A stretch of DNA of 62,617 nt, filler included, from Choristocarpus tenellus KU-1152 (lineage: Eukaryota > Protista > Phaeophyceae): NCBI GenBank assembly GCA_964200185.2. It is 13 parts of 13 records of this genome, joined end to end, with 100 filler letters (N's around TTAATTAATTAA, not from the genome) between each part and the next. Parts side by side here need not be neighbours in the genome. Positions count along the whole stretch, not along the records: positions 45,897 to 51,819 come from CAXNAD020009405.1; positions 51,920 to 55,500 come from CAXNAD020019126.1; positions 55,601 to 62,617 come from CAXNAD020006853.1; 10 more parts are not named here. The stretch is one strand, 5' to 3'. A program made the translations under genes and the position numbers. The notes beneath the pieces are model-generated. The model was not told where the DNA came from. It did no database searches and saw nothing but the letters and a program-made list of their open reading frames with translations. Below, one piece after another: positions 50,993 to 62,617 of this stretch (positions are counted from its first letter, which is position 1; every line of letters starts with the position of its first letter).

Positions 50993-52963
50993 CTATGTAT
51001 GAGAGCAACATCAACGCAGCGAAGCTAAGTGAAAAAACAATTTGGGTCGCCGTCTGGACATGAGAATGTAATGGATGCTAGTGACGCATACGAGGTACAG
51101 ATCTTCATCAAATCAGGAAGGCGTCTCTATATTCACAGACGTCGCGTGTTTTCGCCCATGGCAACAACGTTGCAATGAGTCAAACCTAGACTTCAGATTC
51201 CTGCACCAGGAACCTGAATAGGAACCTGACCATATGGTGGGGTTAAAAGCAAGTTCGGCGCAAGGTTCAAACCAGTAGTGTGTATGCACAGTCAAGGGAA
51301 CACAGTACTTCCATTTACCTGCATGCTCTTACAAGTTGTTACATTACCACCACAGGCTAGTAAAAAAAAAAAATGTTGAGAAAAAAAGAGATGAGATAAA
51401 AAGATAAAAAACTGTTCATGAACGGAGCATCCACTCTTCTCAATCTATATATATATATCTTTTTTTTTCCTCTCAACGTAGAGAGAGTTGGAAAACCATT
51501 AAGCCAGGAATCCAATCCCCAAACCTCTTGACAACCGTGTCGAAGAATTCAAGCATATCACTGATACGCCGGTGCAGATAACGTCTTGCATTCAAATCGA
51601 CCACATCCCAAAGAGATAAAAAAAGAAAAAAAAGCAACAGTGGCAGCACCAAGGCCAATCGGCAACGCAACCTTCCCATCCTCCAAGCAAAAAAAAAATA
51701 AGGTTGTACCCATCCTAACCCTTCCTTCCCTCTCTCTCCCCTCCACAAACCTTGGATACAAAATAGGAATGGACTGGTACTGGAATAAAACAATTGACCA
51801 GTGAAAGCCCCCCCACCCCNNNNNNNNNNNNNNNNNNNNNNNNNNNNNNNNNNNNNNNNNNNNTTAATTAATTAANNNNNNNNNNNNNNNNNNNNNNNNN
51901 NNNNNNNNNNNNNNNNNNNCCTTACCGTATTCACACCGTAACCATCACGTAATGTCCAGCGGTGCACTCACCACATAAAAACAAAAATGTATATTTCGGT
52001 AACTGTGTGTATGCAGTAGACCTTCAACCTTCAACCTTCAAGTTGTCACCTACTATTACTGGACAAAACAAAATATCAGTAGAACACTACACATAGCAAG
52101 GGTGGGTCTTGAGGATATTTTTGGAGGCGTCCATTTCAGGCTTACGTGACGTCACAAGCCAACCGGACATCATATCTTTCAAAATGGACAGGTAGGAACT
52201 CTGTTCATTGCAAACATATGAAGCATTAGAAACAGTCAAAACGAAGGAGACAGAAAAAAAAAAAATACTCCCTCTGTCCCATATTTCTGTTCCCTTAAGC
52301 ACGTACCTCTTTGGGATGACCTCCGATTTCAACAAGGATTTTTGCATTGGATTTCTCGGAAAATTTGACGTAAGATGAGTTATACTTCAAAAAAATATAT
52401 ACCAAAATTGTTCCGAAAATATGGAACAGAAAAGAAGGAGACATTCGGCTCCTTTTTCAGTGGACACCTGCGCCACATCCAGTCGCACATCACTCCCACA
52501 ACATCGACAGCACATGCTGAGGTAAAAAAACGTCGAGGAATCCAATGCAAAAATCCATTTTGAAATCAGAGGTCACCCCGGAGAGTCACATGCATAAAGG
52601 AACAGACTTAGGGGACAGAGGGAGTATATATATATATATATAAATATCTACTTCTGGAACCTCTGGCCATATTTTTTATAATTGGTGTATCCTGTTTTTG
52701 AGTGGTAAAAGTTAAGCGGAATTCCAAAACACACACACACACACACACACACAACACATAGATGGGGGGATCCATCAGGAGGGATGTACCCACAACACAC
52801 AAAAGGACAGCTTGTGTAGATGTGGCGGGGCAGACCTCTCGTACACCCACACTCTCTAAAATAACAAATCTTGGAGAACACAACACAAGTCTTGGGACGG
52901 ACCTTATCTTCAGTATCAGAGCATGATGTCACACATCGAGTAGCAACAGCAGGGAATCATTCA

Positions 52964-53585
<622 letters not shown>

Positions 53586-55421
53586 TCAGAGGCACAGAGG
53601 GGGTGGGGGGGTGGGATTATTGGGAACATGCAACGGGAATAGTGGTGTGCAGTATGCTCTGATGGATACACTCATAAGTATCTGCAAGCACGTACTTGTA
53701 GCAAACACGACACTTTACCCTCTAAAAAATCTGTAGAGGTATATTATACCAGATGTGTGGGGTGGGGGTGGGTGCTATGGTACATTGAATAAGAGTAACA
53801 ACTGGGTTCTCTTATTGGACTGGGGGAAAAAAATATATATCATACAACTATTAGCAAACAAATCGTTCGGAGTGCTACAAAAATACAATAATGACATTTA
53901 AAAAAAAAATGGTAAAAGAAAGTCAAAACCAAAACCAAGCACTATATTATTATTAGAGTATTGTTATTTTACTCATACCGTTTGGTGAAAACATCATCCA
54001 TTCCAAAAAACGAAAAACAGTAACAGCCTTTACCCTAACAATGCAGGACAACACCACAAATCTGTTATTGTGAAGGCATGTGTACTTACCTATTCTTACG
54101 GAGATTAAAAAAAAAAAATCCTATTGCTGATCATGGTGACCACTTGGTTACAATTAGCACCCACTGCCTCAGTGAGCTGTGAACATCGCAAAGATGTGTC
54201 ACTAAATGCTCACTGACAATCTTACACCCTTTCGATCTTCTTGGATGGCAGAAACAGAAAAAATAGCAAAAAAAATAATGACACTCATAGTAATAAAGAA
54301 AAAATAATATCACAAAAAAAATACACCTTGGAAAAACGCAAAAGCTCCACGCCAGCATTATCCTAAAGTGTTTAACTATATTTGGTCCATTTATAATATT
54401 AATAAGAATAATAAAAATAATGATATACAATGCCTGTTACGCATGACAACACTAGGGTCATTTTACTCTGTAATGTCCATTGTCCAGAACAACCTGGGCC
54501 CAATTTGCAAAAACTATTATTCTGAAAAGTGGCTAACTTTCCTTGTGTTTATATATTATACTATTCTATAACAGATCGGCTCAATATGTAACCGAAGTAA
54601 ATAAAGAGGGATTAAAAAAATTTGGAACAGATTGGGCAGGAGGAAGACGACATAATGCAAAAAAGAATAAAATGCACTAGTCATTGTACTTCCTCTTAAC
54701 GCCTGCTGCACAGCAAACCCTTGAGCCCATTCATTCCACAGTACCTATTTACTAGCAAATACTAAGGGCGTTTGCTCTATTGCTTCTATTGTTCTTGAAA
54801 TGCTTGAGTCCATTTGGTCCATAATGCCCATCCTCCAGGACACACTTTGTGGCAATTTGCTCCAATTTTTTGTTGTTGTTTCAACAGTGCTTAAACATCA
54901 CGTTGTGCCGTGAGAACCTTTGTGTACCCTGGGGTGTGAAATAACGGCCACCCTAGTGGTGGAATTTTGAACGTATTGTAAACCCCGTTTCATTGGTGTA
55001 TAAAATATAAAAAAAATCACTTGATTTTTTTTTTCTTCTCACCACATACCTCTGTGCTACCAGCTCCTCAATCTTGGAGTTGCCAACAAGGAGTTGCATG
55101 TGTGTAGGCGTAGTGCAAAGTCGTCTTCGTAACAAAATCTTGTGGGTAAGGACCATTCATAATGCGCTACTACTAATACAGTACACATACATAATTCAAA
55201 TGGGGGAAAAAAACCCTTTACAACTCTGACTCCAACCCTGACATCTTAGCACAAAAAAAAAAATGGTGTTACCCTCAGTGTAACTAACAGCTTAGTTCTA
55301 CACTATGACAACTAAAACCATCTCCAAAAACAGTACCAATAGTTGATAGTACATGTACGGATCAAGATACAACTCTTGCATCCCACTCTCTTCCTGTCTC
55401 TGTGTGTGTGCTGTGTGCTGT

Positions 55422-55500
55422 GGGTCAAAGTCTCTGGGGGGGTGGTTTGTGAGGGGGCGTCCGTTTCGGCCAAACTTTTTTTTTTTTTTTTCACATTTAA
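55422..55500 (-). mobile_element. MITE family B end (cut by contig end)
   Basis: GGGTCAAAGTCTCTGGGGG; reverse complement of about 36550-36623. Confidence 0.85.
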
Positions 55501-55600
55501 NNNNNNNNNNNNNNNNNNNNNNNNNNNNNNNNNNNNNNNNNNNNTTAATTAATTAANNNNNNNNNNNNNNNNNNNNNNNNNNNNNNNNNNNNNNNNNNNN

Positions 55601-55759
55601 GGGGGGTGGTCTACACCATGGTGTCTATTTGGGCCCTGCCCAGGAAGGGTGGACTTACATTATCCATCCAACGCATGCAACCAAATCACCCAAAAATGGC
55701 GACATGGAAAAATTGACCCAGAATGGACAGCCGCCCCCCCCCCACAGGTACTTTGAGCC
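55601..55759 (+). mobile_element. MITE family C, nearly complete
   Basis: Ends CAGGTACTTTGAGCC; homologous to the copies at 26836 and 41132. Confidence 0.85.
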
Positions 55760-56939
55760 TGAACTCAGTTGAAACTGTAGCCACTGTCAGGTCTGTTAAA
55801 AAAGTTTGAACAGTATTTTGACTGATGGTTGGTGGATTAACAATTGGTAAAGGACAAATTTTATGAGTGGCTGGAATGTGACCTGTGCTCCCAGAAAATG
55901 TTGTTTCTTCTCTATCCCAATCCAACTTCGCCCACCATATAAACAAGTTACCAAGAATAAACGGAAACTTGACAAGACTTGCAAGGGTAAATCCCAAACC
56001 ACTGGCCCACCTGAATCAGAGCCTACTGCTCTGATAAAGCCGAGTTCCCAGGTTCGAGATCGAGTGTGAGTACCACTGTCGTGAGGCAGGGTCCAATCAG
56101 TCGTGGGGGGGGTATTCAAAAATCACCAGTTGTGTCACGATGGGGTGATTCCAAAGTCAAAACATCTCTCAGCCATCAAATCTTAGGAGAAGTTTGACGA
56201 GAATCCTAGATCCGCCAGATGACGTAATATCTTTGTGACCGTCAACGGCAAGAGGTCTGAGACTTCTCAAGAGTTCTCTGTGTTTGATGTTGGTGGGAAC
56301 ATCACCAATGACAAAGAAATCTGCGCGCAATGCAATTATGTGTGCGCGCGGATGTGGATTTGGACTGAGATAAGATCTCAAAGTATGTGCGAGACAGCTT
56401 CCAAGAAAGAGTTCACACTGTACTTCATTGTACTGATTTTTATGAAGAAAAAATAGCACAACAATTCCACATAACATTAAATACAAAACATACACCTCGA
56501 TGGATTTTTAGATAAAATCCAGCTCACAAGGTACATCATACAACATAAATACTCTCATCAATAATATTATTGTTGCCATTATCAAACCAACCCAATCAAT
56601 TTATCATCTCGTAACTGCTTACCGAGTACCACTTCGTACATTTAAACATAGCTATATCTTTCTCTCAAACATCCACACAATCGCAATCAACATTTCAAAC
56701 ACATCATAAGGTAATGACAAACCTATCACCCCCCGCCCACACGCACACAGAAGAAGAAGAATATGCCTCAAAAACACGCTCTCCTCACACTAAACAACCT
56801 ACTAACATCAATATTACATTACAGTAGTACCACATTTCACCAACGAAGCATGCAATATTTCAATACTATAGTACACAAAATATTAACATATTATATCATG
56901 AATGAAGTGTTTGAGTATAGTATACATTATCAACACAAT

Positions 56940-57255
56940 AGTACATTGAGTAGAATAGTGTACAACCTTAAAGTTTTGACTCGCGTGCTTCATTTAGTAG
57001 CATAGTATATATTATTGATACTGTAGAATACTCAGTAGAATAATATACAACCTTACAACCTTGGCTCATTGACTTCGCTACATAGTATAGTATATATATA
57101 TTATTAACACAGTATATTCAGTAGAGTAGCATAAAACCATACAACCTTGACTTACTTGATTTACTATGTAGTCCGAGTAGTATTGTACACACTATCAATA
57201 TTATAGCATATTTAGTAGAATTGTATGCAACCTCACAACCTTGACTCACTTGCTT
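56940..57255. repeat. Degenerate AT-rich tandem repeat, about 90-bp unit, 3.5-4 copies
   Basis: Recurrent AGTAGAAT...CAACCT..CAACCTTGACT core at about 56950, 57035, 57120 and 57213. Confidence 0.7.
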
Positions 57256-58449
57256 CACCAATTCCCCCATCGAGCACCTACAGTGCCCCACAGGTCTTCG
57301 CCCAGACATTACCAACAATAACGCCTCCACACACTCGTTCGTACACTTCTGAGAAACCCATTGTTCAACCACCTCCCCAGATATACGTTCCCCACCCCCT
57401 GCCCTTCACCACAGCTGGGCTTGGCCAACAAGAGCAGCACCAACAGCCAGCCTGATACCAACACAGTTTTGATAAAAGCAAGGGTGGCCTGTTCTCCTGG
57501 AGTTACTGGAGGAAGGAGAAGTACTTCTCGTAGCCGGGTGATATTGCTTGAGGCTAAAAGAGTGGATGTTGAAAAGGCTTGGTAGAGTAGTATGTTATAC
57601 TGAAAAGTAGTTACAGCAATATATCCAATCTGAACTATATCGCAAATTGTATTATTCAAGGCCATACTATACCCCAAAATAAAACACAAACCGATTGAAA
57701 AATGCTGGCCTGATATCAACATCATACATCAGTACGATTGACAACACTAACAATATAAAGACAATAGAACTGCCTCAATTGAAACTTCAACCAATCGAAA
57801 TACCTTCCACCTTCTGAATATGATCACCTCTACACATACATACAACAAAAATACAACTACCACAAGTTAACAATAAAAATGGGATGAAAACAGGGTTTAC
57901 AAAAGGGATGAAAACACTGCACTAATGCAATGTGCACAAGAAAGGTTCAACCGTTCAACATGAGGATACATACACCTGCCAACAACTGCTACATAAAAAA
58001 TGGAATACTCGAGCATGACGACAGCAAGACATACGCGAGTTGGATATCAGGAAGTGTAACTGAAAATTCGAGCAGATGTTCCCTCGTACTGCCTGATGAT
58101 AGGCTGTAATAGTACTGCAGCATATTATGCTAATACCAACACAGCAACAACCAGTTACAAAACTAGTGAAGCAGCATACCACTCACATGACGCTGCACAC
58201 ATGTTTATTGTTCACACTATCAGCTACGCTTCTTTTTATACAGCTCTCCTTCATAAGTCCATAATATCTCCATGTACCATGTGCATGCCTTTGTTCTATT
58301 GGCAATTATTACACAAATATTCACATTTTGTTGCATACATATATACATACATACATACATCTATTGTGCATTATCCTCTTAGAGAGAGAGAGAATTTTAC
58401 AATATGTGGGATGGAGAGCGTGGTTCTCGTGGTCTGCACAGTCTCCTAC

Positions 58450-60660
58450 AGCCTAGCGCCCTGGTATAGTAGGACAAGAGTTTAGCCTGATCTACTTCCT
58501 GTGCGCCAGAGATACCGTTAGGATATTTTGTCTGCTTTGTTGTTCTGTACACACCTTCAAACGATCTCTTCAACAACAAGCTAAACCCAGACGAAGTGCC
58601 ACTTGCAAAAATGGACTGGTCCTACGCATATACCTCCTCCTGCCACAGGAGTATAGAGCTCAATGTTCTGACTGGCTTAAGATCATTAATCGATTTCATT
58701 CATAGAGCACCCTAGAGCATAGGCCTGCCTCATACCAAAGTTCAAAAGAATGTACAAACTATTACTACCTGCCGCCTCTTGTCCATAAGCGGTGCAGGGC
58801 TACATGCTGTGCCTGATGCTTATCAAGGTACAACATGCTCGGCATCTTCTCCGACTATATTTCTTTCCAAGTAACCCCAACTATGGGGATACTGAGCACC
58901 ACAATGTAGCGTGTGCTCCTTTTCACGCTGCCAAACGGGGGTATTTCTTCCCGCAATCTACAACTGTGCCATGACAAGTGATGGAAACATATACACGGCA
59001 ATTCATGTCAATATCATGTGTGTGTCAGCTCCAGCATATGTGTGAAATGAAACGTACCTTTGTGTGGTGTAGTAGTGATCCTGTGCTCAATATGACAAGC
59101 TGATGATCCATCAGATATCCCAGCATATGTAGACATCAATATCATCAGAAGTGTATGCTTTGTGGTTTAGGGTGCATCAACAAAAGGAATTCGTTGCACA
59201 GCGATGGGCTGGTTGTCGTCACATGCTCCAAATCATTGATGACATTCGGATAACCTTCTGCCTTCTGAAATCCCATAGCTATTGCCATCATCACATCTAT
59301 TCAAATTGACAACTTGTGCAAAAGAACACAAGTATGACAAAATCGTGCTAAGGAACACAAGTAGCACGACAATCTGCCAAGGATATGCTCAACAACTCAA
59401 AAACAATATACTAACCCCAATATATGCTGAATAATACAAACACTCACGACACCACTGCCCTGTATCACATATGCACTGCCCAACGCAATTCCCATACCAT
59501 ATCTAATTTTACCCACCCATCCAATACCTTGGTACCCATCCACATTTCCTAAAACGTAAGGAGCAATGCACCTATTATAACCGACCCTATCCACCCTGTT
59601 AAAAAAAAGATGCCACATCAAACGGCACACCCCAGCCTACACGCCTGAGAGGTTCCTGTGGCTGCACACCCATTCAGAAATCAACCAAATTGCCTCTCCA
59701 GGGACCTTCTCGCGGACATGCATCCTCCATACAAACATACTATACTGTTCAAAGCTCTCTGTAACACTAGAATGTCAGAATCCAATTTCGGGATTGTTCT
59801 TTGCATTCAAATCCTAGAACGCTACAATTCGTGACTGTCTCCATACAATGAACCACCACATCAAGCACAACTCATTCATAATTGGTGCAGACTGTAGAGG
59901 CATGGTATATGGGTGTATTCACCGGCCGCTTACTGCACCCCCATCGTAGCAAATGCTACTAGGTATGTCCAATATTGGCAACAGGTCGCCCACACTCTGC
60001 CTGTACTCAATCCAGTTGGAAAACACACAAATAACCAAGGACTTTGCCTGTGAAACATGACGCACAAGTGCCCACTTCAGTCACCTGCCACAACCCAGTA
60101 GGTCTACCTTCACTGCCCAGTACACTTGGGCTTACGCTAGTCGTGGTTGGTGGTACTATAATGTGAGACAGACTTATCCCATCCTGAGAAAGCACTGCCA
60201 TTCCTGAGCAGGCAAGTACTATAGCCATTCTAAGCCAGAGCAAATGAGCCATGTCAAGGTTTGGCAGGCCCACTTGGTGCTCACAGCCACCTTCTCAATC
60301 CTGCCATCACGATGGCGGCCTCCCTTCTTCGTATGTCCCACAATCACCTTCATCTTGCTCTTCATCCACACAACTACCTCATCCACCGCATCACAGTGGC
60401 GGTGGCGGTGCAAGAGGCTGAAACATTGGCAGTGGTACCGGCCATGTCCCTGAGCCTGGAGGCGGCGGCAGCCGTCTGGGATCTGGAGGGAGGGGATATC
60501 ACCAGTAAAATCGGAGTTTGGGGACAGAGGAATAGAACACATGCCATAAATCGAAGTTCTTGATGCATGTTCATCGCACAACCGCAAAAGCACCCCTCTC
60601 TCATTGTGAGGGATAAAAGAAAAGGACGTCAATCCCATTGCCACTACACATAACCGAGTC
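58450..60660 (-). pseudogene. Possible cysteine-cluster (CxC/KDZ-like) transposase relic
   Basis: Frameshifted YHCQCFSLLHRHRHCD, TCASCFTG, ICYDGVQ*AAG..MNELC and DVMM(DG)IAMGFQK; many stops. Confidence 0.25.
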
Positions 60661-62592
60661 AAATCTGGGTGGAAGGGCTCGCGATTATAGAATGACTGAT
60701 GAAAGCAACCAAAAGGTGAGCAATGTTCGACACATGTGCGACAGGAAGCACAAAAGGAGACCTTCCTACCCTAGTGAAAAGATCATCTCAGGAAACCTAT
60801 CAGGGCACCTTGTCCGAGGTCCCTGCTTCGCGGGTGACTGCACAGCCTTTCTCCTATCCTCCGCCTTGGGCGGTGCAGAGCTGTACGGAAGAGGAGGTGG
60901 GCCACACAAGGTTAACAGCTTTAGTGTCAAGGAAAAACTTGGCACTAAACCAGGTTGAAGGATGTGTTCACTTCTCGGGAAGTCCCTTTTCTGCAGCACA
61001 CTAGATACTGGGAGTTGAAGGGGTCGGATCGTGCAAGGCATAAGACATAGCCTGCTTGTCTCAAGAAAGATAAAACACACTATCTTACCCTTCTTCAATA
61101 TGGAATGAAGACCAAGTGGGAGACGCACCTGATGATATGGCGTGTTCATGTACCCCTTGTGTTTGCTGCACTTGAGGCATTGACTAGGAACGGATCTTCA
61201 TAACTGAACTACCTTCCCCTGTTGCACATGTCCACTACTATACACACCAGTCAGGCTGATTTAGAATGGTAGTAGCCCCTTCTCACGCCCTTCTCACCTC
61301 ATAGAACTGCGCCCAACTGCTGCCCTAGCCCTTGACGAGTTGTTCTCTCCAGCCCGTACCCCGCCAGGCCTGTCCCCCGTATGTCCTGCCCCATTACCTC
61401 CAAGCCCCCGGGCCCTAGAAGAGTGATCCTCACTTCCTCCTTTCAGGATCGATCTCCTCTCCCTGCCTCCAACCCCTCCCATGCCAATCCCTTCCCGCAT
61501 TGAGGTTGAGGATCTGTTCTTTCCCACCAGTCCCCTCTTCACCCCCACCTCCTGCTCGACCATGCACTGCTGCATTGACATCATGCTGACTCCCGAGGTG
61601 TTCCGTGGGGGCACGTCCCTGATGTTGCCATCTCTCTTGCCTAGCGGTGTTGTGAACCTCCCCATGGATGTTCGTGGGCGGAACTCCTTGCTACTCCTTG
61701 CCACTTTGCCATTGCATTCTGCCCTCTCCTTCAAGATGGGGATTCTTGTGGGAGGGCTATCACACTTGTGATTGGTCACCATGGTTGGGACTGCAGCAGG
61801 CCTCATGTGGCTATCTGTCTCCTTGCCTGATACAAGGGGCACATATGATGTGGGAGTAGATGGTGACTTTTCAATCGGGAGTACTTTTCCTGTGAAGTCG
61901 TCCTCCAAATCATCCAGCCCCGGCCCCACAGAGGCCAGTTGAGGTTTATGCTGCACCTGCTTGGTGGTACTCCAATCCTGATGTGTTGTTCCTGAGTTTG
62001 TGCGATCAGCCTGCCAAGAGGCAGGGGATTAGTGCACTCACCACAACCGGTCCATTGGGAGTAGGCTGTATTACTATACATGAATGGGGGGGCAATAGAA
62101 GTAATGACAAGTGCGCTCCTGTTAAACACTATAACAACTGTGCCCAAACAAGGGGAAGCTCTATCTCATGAGGGAGGAGACTTGACACTGTTCCTTACAG
62201 GGTAATACTCTGTGGTTGAGGTTGTCCAATCATCTCCTCCTACCGAGTTTGCCTGGGCTTCATGTAGTCGTTCCTTCAGGAAAGCCACCTTCTGCTCCTC
62301 CTTGTGTAGCGCCTTCTCTGTTGCTCGCAGCTTTCATGGTTTGAGAAGCAACAAAGTGCAGTGCAGAATGGAGAGGAGGAATTTAGGGAGGCACCTTGGA
62401 GTGTTGCAAGAATGTCAGAATGGGACGAACGGAGATTTGTCCTTGGCTCACTTCAACTTTTGAATTGGATGAACCATATATTTTAATATGCACATTAAGG
62501 AGTTGTCACATGCAGAGGTCATGGGATTGTAGGGTAAGCAGGATCTGCTGATCAACATACTGTGGCAAGTTTCCTCCACTGAGTGAGGTACT

Positions 62593-62617
62593 GACCCAAA
62601 GTATCTGGGAGGGGGGG
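62593..62617 (+). mobile_element. MITE family C terminus at window end (a similar terminus is at 14505-14525)
   Basis: GACCCAAAGTATCTGGGAGGGGGGG. Confidence 0.75.

Noticed and set aside
61294-61956. 220-aa ORF as a gene
   Set aside because: Low-complexity G/R/S-rich frame with no recognisable domain; cannot be supported

Overview
This is a eukaryotic draft assembly, not a contiguous locus. Thirteen short contigs are concatenated with twelve artificial 100-bp linkers (N44-TTAATTAATTAA-N44, stops in all six frames), and there are two internal 10-N gaps. Intron-rich genes, TTAGGG motifs and the protein styles suggest a stramenopile, possibly a brown alga (inference). Recognisable host genes, mostly partial and all on the minus strand: a GPR107/108-like GOLD-7TM gene (4 exons), MCM7 (2 exons), an APC-family polyamine/amino-acid permease last exon, an INTS2-like exon, an ankyrin-repeat exon and an apparently complete 3-exon orphan membrane/coiled-coil gene. 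Most of the rest is decayed transposable elements: Ty1/copia, Ty3/gypsy and CRE-like non-LTR relics, plus probable Crypton, hAT, pogo and KDZ-like relics. A dense set of MITEs shares G(A/G)NYCAAAGTA termini with 4-bp TSDs (Sola-like); one is nested inside another. The most unusual structure is at 23482-23710. An LTR end is followed by a 53-nt copy of the 3' part of mature tRNA-Ser(GCT), from the anticodon loop to an encoded CCA, and then by a second copy of the LTR terminus. A sister copy at 24207-24336 carries only a normal 14-nt primer-binding site. All protein assignments come from motif recognition by eye; no database searches were run.
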